From assembly GCA_963666215.2 (NCBI GenBank), contig CAXWPL010000003.1:288001-352000 (forward strand): a DNA stretch of 64,000 bases, given 5' to 3'. Shown here one piece after another: positions 19,652 through 29,538 of the stretch. Within the stretch, counting starts at the first letter, position 1, and each line of letters starts with the position of its first letter. Source of the DNA: Acidobacteriota bacterium (GTDB lineage: Bacteria > Acidobacteriota > UBA890 > WLXD01). The position numbers and the translations under genes were made by a program. The notes under the pieces were generated by a model. That model was not told the DNA's origin. It made no database searches and worked only from the letters and a program-made list of their open reading frames with translations.

Positions 19652-20335
19652 ATGATCGACCGCGATCGTCTGACCCTGCATGAGGAGATCCTGCTCCTCG
19701 CGCTACGCGACGAAGAGGGCACCATCGCCTCGGGGACGAACTACTCATACGCCCTCGGCGGGGCGATTCTTGCGGAGCTGATACTCCGCGAGCGTATCGC
19801 CGTCGAGGACTCGGGCCGGAAGAAGCTCGCCGTCGTTAGCGACGCCACGCCGCTCGGCGCGCCGTTATTGGACGAGTGCCTGGAGAAGATAGCGGCGGCG
19901 AGCAAGCCGAAGGCCCTCGACGCTTGGATCACCAAGTTCGCCGGCCTCAAGCAACTGAAACATCGTGTTGCCCAGCGACTGGTCGATCGTGACGTGCTGC
20001 GCGAAGACGAGGGCCGCGTGCTGCTCGTGTTCAGCCGCAAGATCTATCCGGAGTCGGATCCGCGCCCGGAGCGCGAGCTGACGGAGCGGCTGCGGCGGGC
20101 CATGTTCGGCTATGACACCGAGGTCGACCCACGCACCGTGGTCCTCCTGTCGCTGGCCAACAGTGCCGGGCTACTGCGGCAGGCCTTCGACCGCAAGGAG
20201 CTGAAGCGGTGCAAGGCTCGCATCGAGCAGGTCGTCAACGGCGAGGCCACCGGTCAGGCAGCCAAGCAGGCCATCGAGGCCATGCAAGCGGCTGTCGTCG
20301 TGACCGCGATCATTCCCGCGGTGATCACGACCTGA
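19652..20335 (+). CDS. GOLPH3/Vps74 (GPP34) family protein
   Basis: LTLHEEILLLALRDEEG...LGGAILAELIL...PLLDECL...DPRTVVLLSL; ATG 19652 after AAAGGA. Confidence 0.8.
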   Translation: MIDRDRLTLHEEILLLALRDEEGTIASGTNYSYALGGAILAELILRERIAVEDSGRKKLAVVSDATPLGAPLLDECLEKIAAASKPKALDAWITKFAGLKQLKHRVAQRLVDRDVLREDEGRVLLVFSRKIYPESDPRPERELTERLRRAMFGYDTEVDPRTVVLLSLANSAGLLRQAFDRKELKRCKARIEQVVNGEATGQAAKQAIEAMQAAVVVTAIIPAVITT

Positions 20336-20939
20336 GAGGGCTAGCGGAACAGGGGCAACGGTCCTCCATGAGAACGGCGGGTGAGGATCTGTGGGACCGT
20401 TCTGGATCAGACTTCCCTTCGTGGGGACTACTCGTCGACGCCTGGCCGGATCCGGCCAGCCCGATCCCGGCGCCTCCTCTTAGGTCAGGTCGAGGAGAGC
20501 CACGTGCCGAGAGTCCCGCTGCTGCTGTCGCCGAACGCGCTGTTTTCGCCTGTCGCCCACGTGGCGCGATGAGCCGCGTTCATGAACCGGTACCGCCGCG
20601 CTGGCATGACAGCATGCGACTACGCCGCTCGTGTCTCTTTCGATGGCAATCGGAACGAGCTCTTACGAACGCCGAGGCGTGCTCGTGTGCGCGCGACCTG
20701 ATCTCTTCGCACGGAGTAGGTGAGTGGGACTACGTGGTCGTGCAGCTTGATTCCGGCGCCTGCGACTGGGAGTTCCGATTCAAGCCACACCGGGCCCGGC
20801 GCGCTCCCACGCGAATCGACGTCTGGCGCAGCTGATCAACGGCCCGCAGCCGCGGCGCTTTGCTCGATGGCTCGGCCGCCCGAAGGCCGATGTGCGAGAG
20901 GGCCGTGGAGCCTGGCCGGGTCCGAGTATGTTCATCTAC

Positions 20940-20977
20940 TGTGGCGGGCGCCCCCTGATGTGGCAGGCGCCCCCTGA
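20940..20977. repeat. 19-bp tandem duplication
   Basis: TGTGGCGGGCGCCCCCTGA followed by TGTGGCAGGCGCCCCCTGA (1 mismatch). Confidence 0.75.
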
Positions 20978-20994
20978 GGTCGGCGGTGGATGTT

Positions 20995-21551
20995 TCAGCA
21001 GCCTTCCATCAGATTGCCAAGGTCTTCCGGCACAAACCGGCCGATGATCTCCGCCAGCACCGAATCGCGCTCCAACAATTCCGCGCGGGTACCCGACGGC
21101 GGCCCCGAGTCGCCGAGCTCGACGTCGACCCATGGGCCCGGTAGCGACTCGTTGAGGTCGAACCAGGCGTTGATGCTGTGCGTGAGGTACTCATCGTCGC
21201 CGAATGAATCGTAGGGGCCGATGCCCAGAGACTCGGTGCGCGGGGCGTCGAACTCGCCGCGCTGGCGGCGGTGTAGGCGGAGTAGATCTCGTCCTCGACG
21301 CCCGGATCGGTCGTCGGCCAGCCGAGGTTCTGCATGTTGTGGACGAACTCGTGCAGCAGGAAGTTGGCGCGATAATCGGTGTTGCCGGGGTAGCAGACGC
21401 CGCGGATCGAGACGAGGGTGGTCGGAGCGCCGGGCATCTGGCCGAGACCCCATTGGCCATCGGCGCCAGGCCCCAAGACAGCAAGAGCACGCCAACTCGG
21501 CAAATCATCTGTGCGACTCCAATTCGGACACGTCTGCGTGGAGACCAGCAC
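20995..21551 (-). pseudogene. HExxH zinc-peptidase-like fragment with a frameshift near 21260
   Basis: Frame 1: WGLGQMPG...NFLLHEFVHNMQ...EIYSAYTAA; frame 2: DEYLTHSINAWF...TRAELLERDSVL; 5' end unclear. Confidence 0.55.
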
Positions 21552-21797
21552 CCATCATCGAGCAGAGTCGACCCATATTCGCTTTCTCCGGTCGCAAGGT
21601 TCGTCCTCTGGCTATTTCTTCGCCGTCCGACCGACGGTACAGTCGCCGAGTGGCCGTCGACCCCGCTCGACACGGCCACTATACCGATCGGCCTGATCCG
21701 CTCAACCAGAGAACACCACCTCGGGCGGAGATCGCTCGCAGAGGTCATTCGGGGCAAGCCGGCACCCAAGGCACCACCGCGAGGACCGCAGATCGAG

Positions 21798-23399
21798 ATG
21801 AGAACATCGAAGATGGTCGCGCTCGGGTCGAGCGTCGTGGCACTCGCCGCCGCGATCGCTGCGGGCGCACCGCCGAGCGGCGCGGCTGGCGACTGGACTC
21901 CCGCAAGGGAACAGAACCTGCGCCCGAACCAAGGCGTGGTGGCCGCTACGAACGGAGCGATGCGTTTTGTCGACGTCACCTCGGCGGCGGGTCTCTCCTA
22001 TCGGCACGGCTACTCCGGCCAGTTGGAGACCGCGGAGGAAATCTTCAACGGGATGGCTGCCGGCGACTACGACGGTGACGGCTGGGTTGATTTGTTATGG
22101 CTGCGCGGCGAGGCGGGTGCACCGATGCTCTTCCGCAACCGGCGAAACGGGACGTTCGCCGACGCCTCGAAGCTGGTGGGCTCACTCGCTGGTATGACCG
22201 GCGCGGCGGGACCGGGCATGGCCGATTTCACCGGCGACGGCCTGCTCGACCTGCTAGTCGCTGGACTGCGGCCCGAGCCGTTCGCGGCGTTCCAGGGCAC
22301 GCGCGGCGGCGGTTTTATGGACGTGACCACGCACGCGGGTCTCACCTCCAGCAAGAATACGTTTTCTTCCGCATTCGGAGACTACGACCGCGACGGCGAT
22401 CTCGACCTCGCGTTGGCACACTGGGACTCCGAGTGTCGAACCGGCTGCGACGGCGATCACCTGTGGACCAACGACGGCACCGGCAGCTTCCGCAACCTGC
22501 CGCGGGGCGTTCGCGGCTACGACTTCGACTTCACCTTCACGCCCAACTTCGCCGACATCAACAGTGCCGGGTGGCCCGACCTGCTGATGGCGTCCGACTT
22601 TGGTCTGAGCCGCGTGTTCCTCAACGAAGGCGGCCGCTTCCGCGACGTCACCGACCGCGAGGGCATTACCGACCGCAACGGTATGGGCGCGAGCGTTGGC
22701 GACTACGACAACGACGGTGATCTCGACTGGTTCGTCACCGCGATCGCGGGACAGGGCATCGACGGCAACCGCCTCTATCGCAACCGAGGCGACGGTGTGT
22801 TCGACGATGTCACCGACCATGCACGAGTGCGCGACGGCGGCTGGGGTTGGGGGGCGTGCTTTGCCGACTTCAACAACGACGGCCACCTCGACATCTTCCA
22901 CGTCAACGGCTGGCGCGAGCGCCACGACGCGTCGCGGCTGTTCATGGGTCAGGGCGACGGGCGCTTCCGCGAGCGCGCCAAGCGCTTCGGCGTCGCCGAC
23001 CGGCGATCCGGTCGCGGCGTCATCTGCTTCGACTACGACCGCGACGGCGACATCGACCTGTTCGTCGGCAACCACGGCGCTCGCCCAACGCTATACCGCA
23101 ACGATGGCGGCAACGCCGCCGGCTTCCTCAACGTTCGGCTGGTGAGCCCCGGACCGAACGTCTTCGGCGTTGGCGCCCGCATCTATGTGGTTACCGATGC
23201 CCGCACCCAGATGCGCGAGCTGCGCGCCGGCAGCAACTTCGCCTCACAAGACCCCACCGAGGCTCATTTCGGCCTCGGCGACGAACCTCGAGTCCGCGAG
23301 CTCCGCGTCGTATGGCCCGACGGCTCCACTCAGATTCGCCGCGGCGTGCCCGCCAACCGTATGGTCACGATGCGTCGTCGGGCCAACCCGGCTCAGTAG
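21798..23399 (+). CDS. CRTAC1/ASPIC-UnbV family FG-GAP repeat protein
   Basis: Signal peptide from ATG 21798; several DYDxDGDxD repeats; C-terminal GVGARI...GSNFASQ...AHFGLG...WPDG. Confidence 0.9.
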   Translation: MRTSKMVALGSSVVALAAAIAAGAPPSGAAGDWTPAREQNLRPNQGVVAATNGAMRFVDVTSAAGLSYRHGYSGQLETAEEIFNGMAAGDYDGDGWVDLLWLRGEAGAPMLFRNRRNGTFADASKLVGSLAGMTGAAGPGMADFTGDGLLDLLVAGLRPEPFAAFQGTRGGGFMDVTTHAGLTSSKNTFSSAFGDYDRDGDLDLALAHWDSECRTGCDGDHLWTNDGTGSFRNLPRGVRGYDFDFTFTPNFADINSAGWPDLLMASDFGLSRVFLNEGGRFRDVTDREGITDRNGMGASVGDYDNDGDLDWFVTAIAGQGIDGNRLYRNRGDGVFDDVTDHARVRDGGWGWGACFADFNNDGHLDIFHVNGWRERHDASRLFMGQGDGRFRERAKRFGVADRRSGRGVICFDYDRDGDIDLFVGNHGARPTLYRNDGGNAAGFLNVRLVSPGPNVFGVGARIYVVTDARTQMRELRAGSNFASQDPTEAHFGLGDEPRVRELRVVWPDGSTQIRRGVPANRMVTMRRRANPAQ

Positions 23400-23401
23400 C
23401 C

Positions 23402-24595
23402 CTACTCGGCCGGCTCCAGCCGATAGATGGGAGTGAGATCCTCCCCTTCTTCGCCATCGATGGCTACGTAGATGTAGCCGTCCGGCCCCTGCCGGATGTC
23501 GCGGACGCGACCCATCCGCTGCACCAGGGTCTCCGCGTTCATGATCTCGCTGCCTTCCTCGCCCAGGGTGAGGCGAGTCACTGACTCGCCCGAGAGCCCG
23601 CCGTTGAAGAGGCTGCCGCGCCAGTCGGGAAACTTGTCGCCGGTGTAGAGCATCATCCCCGACACGCCTACCGACGGCACCCAGACATACAGCGGTTCTT
23701 CCATGCCCGTGCGACGCGTCCCACCGTGGATCGCCGAGCCGCTACCGTAGTCCACGCCGAAGCCGATCACAGGCCAGCCGTAGTTCGACCCAGGCTGCGA
23801 GATGTTGACCTCGTCGCCGCCCTCCGGTCCGTGCTCGTTGGCCCAAATGTCGCCGGTCTCCGGGTGGATGACGAGGCCCTGGGGATTGCGATGGCCGTAG
23901 CTCCAGATCTCCGGGCGCGCTCCCTCCTGACCCACGAACGGGTTATCGGCAGGCACACGGCCGTCGTCGTGAAGTCGGTTGATCGTGCCGTGGTTGTTCG
24001 ACACGTCTTGGGCCGGGTGAGCCTCCAAGTCGCCGCGCGGCGGCACCTGACGATCGCCAACCGAGAAGAACATGTACCCGTTGCCGTCGAAGGCAATACG
24101 AGAGCCGTAGTGCCCCCGACCGCGGGTATCCGCCTCGAAGAGCTCTTCGACTCCCGTGAGCTCATCATTCTCGAAACGCCCGCGGATAATCGCCGTGGTT
24201 GACCCTTCGTCGCCAGGCAGAGGCTTTGAATAGCTCAGATAGAGCAGACGATTCGACTCGAAATCGGGGTGCGGGACGACGTCGAGCAATCCTCCCTGCC
24301 CTCGATAGAAAACCTCAGGCACTCCGGGCACCGAGGCCTCGAGTAAGCTGCCGGCGCGCACGATGCGGAGGCGCCCGGGCTGCTCGGTGAGCAGCATGTC
24401 GCCGTCAGGCAAGAAGGCGATCGACCACGGGTGTTCGAGACCGTCGGCCACGGTCACAACGCTATAGTCGTGATAGGCGGATCGCTGAACGGGCCGTGGA
24501 CCGGAAGTCTGGCCGGTCTCGGCCGGCAAACAGCCGCCGATGGCGAGCGCAACTAACGCCGTGATGAGTGTGAGTGCCGGGCGAATGCGTATCAT
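23402..24595 (-). CDS. PQQ-dependent aldose sugar dehydrogenase (YliI/GSDH family), lipoprotein
   Basis: Lipobox-like IGGC; GLEHPWSIAFLP, GQGGLLDV, HYGSRI, SYGHRNPQG, EHGPEGGDE, NYGWP and RVRD motifs. Confidence 0.9.
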   Translation of the reverse strand: MIRIRPALTLITALVALAIGGCLPAETGQTSGPRPVQRSAYHDYSVVTVADGLEHPWSIAFLPDGDMLLTEQPGRLRIVRAGSLLEASVPGVPEVFYRGQGGLLDVVPHPDFESNRLLYLSYSKPLPGDEGSTTAIIRGRFENDELTGVEELFEADTRGRGHYGSRIAFDGNGYMFFSVGDRQVPPRGDLEAHPAQDVSNNHGTINRLHDDGRVPADNPFVGQEGARPEIWSYGHRNPQGLVIHPETGDIWANEHGPEGGDEVNISQPGSNYGWPVIGFGVDYGSGSAIHGGTRRTGMEEPLYVWVPSVGVSGMMLYTGDKFPDWRGSLFNGGLSGESVTRLTLGEEGSEIMNAETLVQRMGRVRDIRQGPDGYIYVAIDGEEGEDLTPIYRLEPAE

Positions 24596-24928
24596 ATCGA
24601 TTTCCTCTGACCAGCAAGGCCGGTCCACAGCGGATACCGACCGATCGGCGCAAGCGTAACGAGATTCGTCCTTCCGAGAACCACCTGGAGCCACACTCAC
24701 GTCGGTGGTGCACGCCCTAGCCTACCTCTGTGGAGCGTGTGGTACCGTCCACGCACGCGTGGCGCGTCCCGCACTGGTATCCTCGCCGCCGAGGTCGGGA
24801 GGTTGAGTTGGCTCAGGTGATCCTCGACGCCCGAAGACGACGGAGAATGACCTCATGCAGAGATCCCGCCGCGCTCCCTTGAACGCCATCCAGGCAGCGG
24901 CCGCCAGCCCTGATCTGGACCGGCTGCC

Positions 24929-25673
24929 ATGAAGAGATCTTCGTCGTCGAGAGTTCTCCTCGGCACGCTGGCGATGTTGATCATCGGTGGTATTGGCACC
25001 AGCCTGTTGTGCCTATAAACTCACACGGCCGCGGCGCGCCTGGCCGTCCACGCCGACCTACATCGTCGACCAGAGCGGCCACGCCAACATCCTCGACAGC
25101 GACGGCGGCGTTTCTAGCGCTATCTTCGCGATCACCCGCAACGTGGCCTGGAACGGCGCTGGCACCGGCACCGTCGTCAACGCGGTAGCCGGCGATGTCG
25201 ACGACTGGCGACTCGGCGACGGCGTCCCGATGCTCAGCTTCGACGATCCTGATGGGGTCTGCACGGGCAACTGTCTGTCGGCGACCTTCACCAGCTACGT
25301 TAGCGGCGAAAAATCCCTTCACACCGCGGACGCCGACAGCATCATCAATCCGAACCTCCCTTGGACATCGAAGGCCGCGCCTGGTGGCTGCGATGGACGG
25401 TTCTTCATCGAGGGCGTGCTCGTGCAGGAGGTGGGCCACGGTCTCGGCCTCAACCACAGCAAACGTAGAAACGCCACGATGTTTGCGTCGGTCTCGAAGT
25501 GCAACAACCGCTCGGCAAGCACCCACGCGGACGACGAGGCGGGCATCCTCAACCTCTACGGCGGGCGCGACGGTGGCACCTGCGCGCTTCTCCCCAGGGG
25601 AGCGGCGTGTACGCAGAACAACCAGTGCTGCACCGGCCGCTGCCGTGGCGAGCACAACAAATCGTGCGGCTAG
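24929..25673 (+). CDS. Matrixin-like (M10) metalloprotease with Cys-rich tail; +1 frameshift near 25010 separates the signal peptide
   Basis: ATG 24929 gives MKRSSSSRVLLGTLAMLIIGGIGTSL; next frame gives AYKLTRPRRAW...QEVGHGLGLNHS...ATMF...DDEAGILNLY and six Cys. Confidence 0.7.
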
Positions 25674-25759
25674 GCGCTGGTGAGCTTGTGTCGGCCACGG
25701 TCGGGCGATTGCTCCCTCAGGGCGATCCTCGCCGCCCGCTGACGACGGAGGACCGAGTT

Positions 25760-26317
25760 ATGCGCCAGATCCGCGTGGCCCTGGTCACAGGTGCAGTCCT
25801 GGTAGCGATACCGGGAAACGCGTCGACCTTCGTCGCACTGCCGGAGACTGAGCTGGTAGGTGGCTCGGAATCGATTATCCAAGGCAGGGTCGTCGGTCAG
25901 ACGAGCTTCTGGAACGAGAGCGGGCGACTCATCGTGACCGAAGCGGTTGTCCGAGTGCGCGAAACAATCGTTGGCGAATCGCCGAAGCGCGTGACCGTGC
26001 GTACTGTCGGCGGGCGCGTGGGCGACTACACCGTGGAGGCACCAGGCTTTCCCCGCTTCGAGCCGCGCGAGCGGGTGATCCTGTTCCTCGAGGCCGGCCC
26101 GAGCGGTACACGCCAGGTCCGGGGCTACCAGCAGGGCCATTTCGAGGTGGTCGAGCGCCTCGACGGCGTGCGCCTGGCCGTGCCACGGATCGAGGAGGGT
26201 ACTCGGTTGGTGACGCGCTCGGGGCAGCTCCTGCCGCAGCCGCGAAGCATGCCCTTGAGCGAGTTCAAGCAGTCGATCCGTCGCATCGCCCGCGATACCG
26301 ACGCGCGCGAGCGCTAA
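25760..26317 (+). CDS. Secreted hypothetical protein accompanying the matrixin
   Basis: RBS GGAGG, signal peptide, STFVALPETELVGGSESIIQGRV...VRTVGGRVG...FPRFEPRERVILFL. Confidence 0.75.
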   Translation: MRQIRVALVTGAVLVAIPGNASTFVALPETELVGGSESIIQGRVVGQTSFWNESGRLIVTEAVVRVRETIVGESPKRVTVRTVGGRVGDYTVEAPGFPRFEPRERVILFLEAGPSGTRQVRGYQQGHFEVVERLDGVRLAVPRIEEGTRLVTRSGQLLPQPRSMPLSEFKQSIRRIARDTDARER

Positions 26318-26335
26318 CAGCGCCCGGCTCGGCGC

Positions 26336-27945
26336 CTACTGCTCCCAGGGACGCCCGTTGATCGCCGGGTGGTCGTTCCTCGGGATCTTCTCGTCGCGCA
26401 TCGCCGCGTGGTAAGCGAACGTCGCCAGGATGGCGGCGTTCCCCATCAGGTCCTCCGCGACGAGCCGGTCGTAGACGTCCATGTTCGAGTGCCACGTCTT
26501 GGTGAAGTACTCGAGGTCGTCCTGCAGGAACTTGAAGCCGGGCAGCCCGACCTCGTTGAAGGACACGCTGTCGGTTCCCCCTGTTTGCACCGGGATCGTG
26601 TGCGCCAGCCCGAGCTCGTGGAACGGCTTCATCCACTCGCTGAAGATCGCCGCCGCGGCGGCATTGCCCCCGGTGAAGATGCCGCGGAAACGACCGTACC
26701 AGTCGGTGTTGAAGTACACCGAGAAGTTCTCGTAGTCGGGCAGCCGCTCGCCGCTCTCGCGATCGGCGAAGTGGTTCTTGACGTAGCCACGGGAGCCCAG
26801 CAGACCGGCCTCTTCGGATCCCCAGAGCACGCCACGGATGGTGCGGCGCGGACGGGCATCGATAGCGTGCAGAATGCGCATCACCTCCATCACCACCGCG
26901 CTGCCGGCACCGTTGTCGGTAGCGCCGGTGCCCGCCGACTCGGCGTCGAAGTGGCCACCGATCATGACGATCTCGTGCGCCAGGTCGGAACCGGGAATCT
27001 CCGCGACAACGTTGTAGTCCTGCAGGTCGGTCTCGTCGTACCGCACCCGGACCTCGAGCTCGATCTCGACGTCGAGGCCCCTCTCGAGAACCCGGACAAC
27101 CCGGTTGTAGTGCTCAGGCGCCACGATCACGTGCGGCATCGGCTTGGACTCATCGGGAGCGAGCGGCTCGCCGCCCACCACGCGGACGGTGCCCTGGTCG
27201 ACTGCGCCGATCTCGGTCCCCAGGCCGGGAGAGGCCAGAGCTGCGGCGCCCGCTGCATCGAGCAGCTCGGCGATTCGCTCGGTTGGCAACGGCCTCGGGG
27301 AGGGATCGTCCTCGGCTCTGCGCGGCCGGTCGGGCTCGCGGCGTGGCATCCTCGCCGCATCTGAGCGAGGTCGAGCGAAGAAACGCGACCAGTCGTCGAG
27401 CTGGGCGCTCGTGAAGCGCTCGGCTGCAGGAAGAAAGTCGGGAACGAGCCGACGCTCGGGATCGATGAATACGACCCTCCCTTCACCTGGTCGAGGTAGG
27501 GAGAGAGGTCGGAGTCGGCGAAGATCTGCTGGCCATCAATGAAGACGGCCGTCGTCTCGATACGCCCCTCGGTAGCACGCGACCACGGCACTGGGTAGGC
27601 GATCATCGTCATGTACTGCGGCTCGAGCATGTGCATCGAGGTGTACTCGTTCTGCCACCCCACACCGGCGTTACCGTACGCCTCGATCGCCGTGGCGACG
27701 CCGAATCCTTCGAGCCTGTCCCGAGCCCACTCGATAGCTTCGTTGTAGGCGGGCGAGTTCGAGAACCGCGGTCCGTAGACGTCGGCGATGATGCCGGCCA
27801 TGTCCATCACCTGAGAGCGGCCGAAGGCCTCCTGCTTGATCCTGGCAACGACCTCGTAGTCGACCGGTTCCTGGACCGCGGCAAAGCTGCTGGCGGTCAA
27901 CGAGCAGGTACACAGCCAAACTAGCAGGCCTCGTGGATGACGCAT
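26336..27945 (-). pseudogene. M28 family secreted peptidase, 1-nt frameshift in a G-rich run near 27480 (may be a sequencing error)
   Basis: N-part MRHPRGLL...DVYGPRFSNSP; C-part GGHFDA, GATDN, GSEE, FNTD, WHSNMD. Confidence 0.8.
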
Positions 27946-28128
27946 CTGTCTCCTCGCTTGATGCCGATACGGCGGGTAGGACGAGCGCAAGGATACGCCG
28001 CCTGCCACCCGATTTGGCCAACCACGTCAGCGGCGGCCTATCGTCCAAGTCCGATTGGACTTTACAATACAAAGTTCTCTTCGAGAGTATTGCGTGAATC
28101 TCGCACCCCCGACCCGAGGCTCCCCCCG

Positions 28129-29517
28129 ATGTCCACAACCCCTCCGGCGCCATCGAAGGCACGGATCGAAGCGCTGAAAGACGATCCGGTTGCCCTCGAG
28201 AGGCTCTACAGACAGGCACTGCGGAGCGACCACGAGGCCACGTTCCACCAGGCGATCTCGGAGTGCTTGGCAGACTCGCCAGCAAACCTTCTGCTCACCG
28301 CGTGGGCGTGCCGACTCGAATCGGATGCAGCACCCGATCCGCCCGGCGTGGTTGCATCGATCAGCGGCGCCGACGGCGACGTTCGTCGACACTGGATCGC
28401 CGCGCTACTCACCGCCGTCGGCTGCGGCGCGCTCTTCACCTTGCTCACGGGCAACGGTCCGCCGGTGCCAATTCCCGGAGAGGCGAGCTCGCTGTTCTGG
28501 ATCGGCTGGGGGCCGCTGACAGCGGTGGCGATCGTTGTGTTCGTCGCCGCCATCGCGCCCGAGCGCGAGCGACTGCAACGGTGCGGCGCCGCGGTTGCCG
28601 TAGCGGTTGGTGTCGGCCTTGCGTGCGCCCTCACGGTGTGGGGCACAACCGACCAGCCGGCGATCCTCGTGGCCGTGCATCTCCCCTTCGTTGCGTGGTC
28701 GATCGTCGGCGCCACGGTTGTGGTCATTGAGCTAGGCAAAGCTGACCGACCAGCGGCCAACCACTTCTACGCCTTCATCATGAAATCGATGGAGGCGATC
28801 GTCGCCGCGGGGATCTTCCTCGGCGCCGGCCTCGTCTTCAGCGGCCTCACCGTGGGGATCTTCGCTGCGCTGGGAGTGCAGCTGCCGGAGAACGTCCTCC
28901 GTCTGGCAGCGGCGTTCGGCATCGGCGTCATCCCTGTCGTCGCCGTCGCCAGCGTCTACGACCCGACTCTTCCGCCGACCCGGCAGAGCATGTCGACCGG
29001 CTTGACCCGCATCCTCAGGATCATGACGTGGCTGCTCATGCCGCTGGCGCTCGGCGTACTCAGCCTCTACGTGTTCTGGTTCATCCCCACCAACTTCTGG
29101 CGGCCGTTCCTCGAGCGCGATGTGCTGATCGTCTACAACGCCACGATCATTGCCATCCTGATGCTCTTGGCGGCCGCGGTCTCGGGCGCGTCCGATGACC
29201 AGCAGCCCACCGACGATCGAGTGCTTCGCCGAGCCACCTTGTCGCTCGTGAGTCTGACGATGCTGCTCAATCTTTATGCCCTCGCGGCGGTGGCATACCG
29301 CACGATCGAGGGCGGCCTGACGCCGAACCGCCACACCGTGCTGGGCTGGAACGCGGTGACGTTGCTGATGTTCGGCTACACGCTTGTGACTTCGTGGCGC
29401 GCTGAGCACGTCGAATGGTCAGGTGTGTTCCGGACGTCGCTGGCGCGAGCACTCGTGCTCGCCATCGTCTGGGCGCTGTGGGTCGTGTTGGGAATTCCGC
29501 TGCTCTCGACGAGCTAG
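28129..29517 (+). CDS. Multi-pass membrane protein (DUF4153-like)
   Basis: DDPVALERLYR N-terminus, about 12 hydrophobic segments, RTIEGGLTPNRH. Confidence 0.7.
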   Translation: MSTTPPAPSKARIEALKDDPVALERLYRQALRSDHEATFHQAISECLADSPANLLLTAWACRLESDAAPDPPGVVASISGADGDVRRHWIAALLTAVGCGALFTLLTGNGPPVPIPGEASSLFWIGWGPLTAVAIVVFVAAIAPERERLQRCGAAVAVAVGVGLACALTVWGTTDQPAILVAVHLPFVAWSIVGATVVVIELGKADRPAANHFYAFIMKSMEAIVAAGIFLGAGLVFSGLTVGIFAALGVQLPENVLRLAAAFGIGVIPVVAVASVYDPTLPPTRQSMSTGLTRILRIMTWLLMPLALGVLSLYVFWFIPTNFWRPFLERDVLIVYNATIIAILMLLAAAVSGASDDQQPTDDRVLRRATLSLVSLTMLLNLYALAAVAYRTIEGGLTPNRHTVLGWNAVTLLMFGYTLVTSWRAEHVEWSGVFRTSLARALVLAIVWALWVVLGIPLLSTS

Positions 29518-29538
29518 CGCGGTCGCCGGATCAGCGGG

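Noticed and set aside
20340-20935. Short ORFs such as 20570..20835
   Set aside because: No RBS, motif or typical codon bias that I can support
21204-21797. N-terminal extension of the 731-aa ASPIC ORF
   Set aside because: Overlaps the minus-strand HExxH remnant; the signal peptide begins at 21798
22060-23070. Recurring GACTACGAC...GACGG repeats
   Set aside because: They encode FG-GAP Ca-binding repeats of the ASPIC protein
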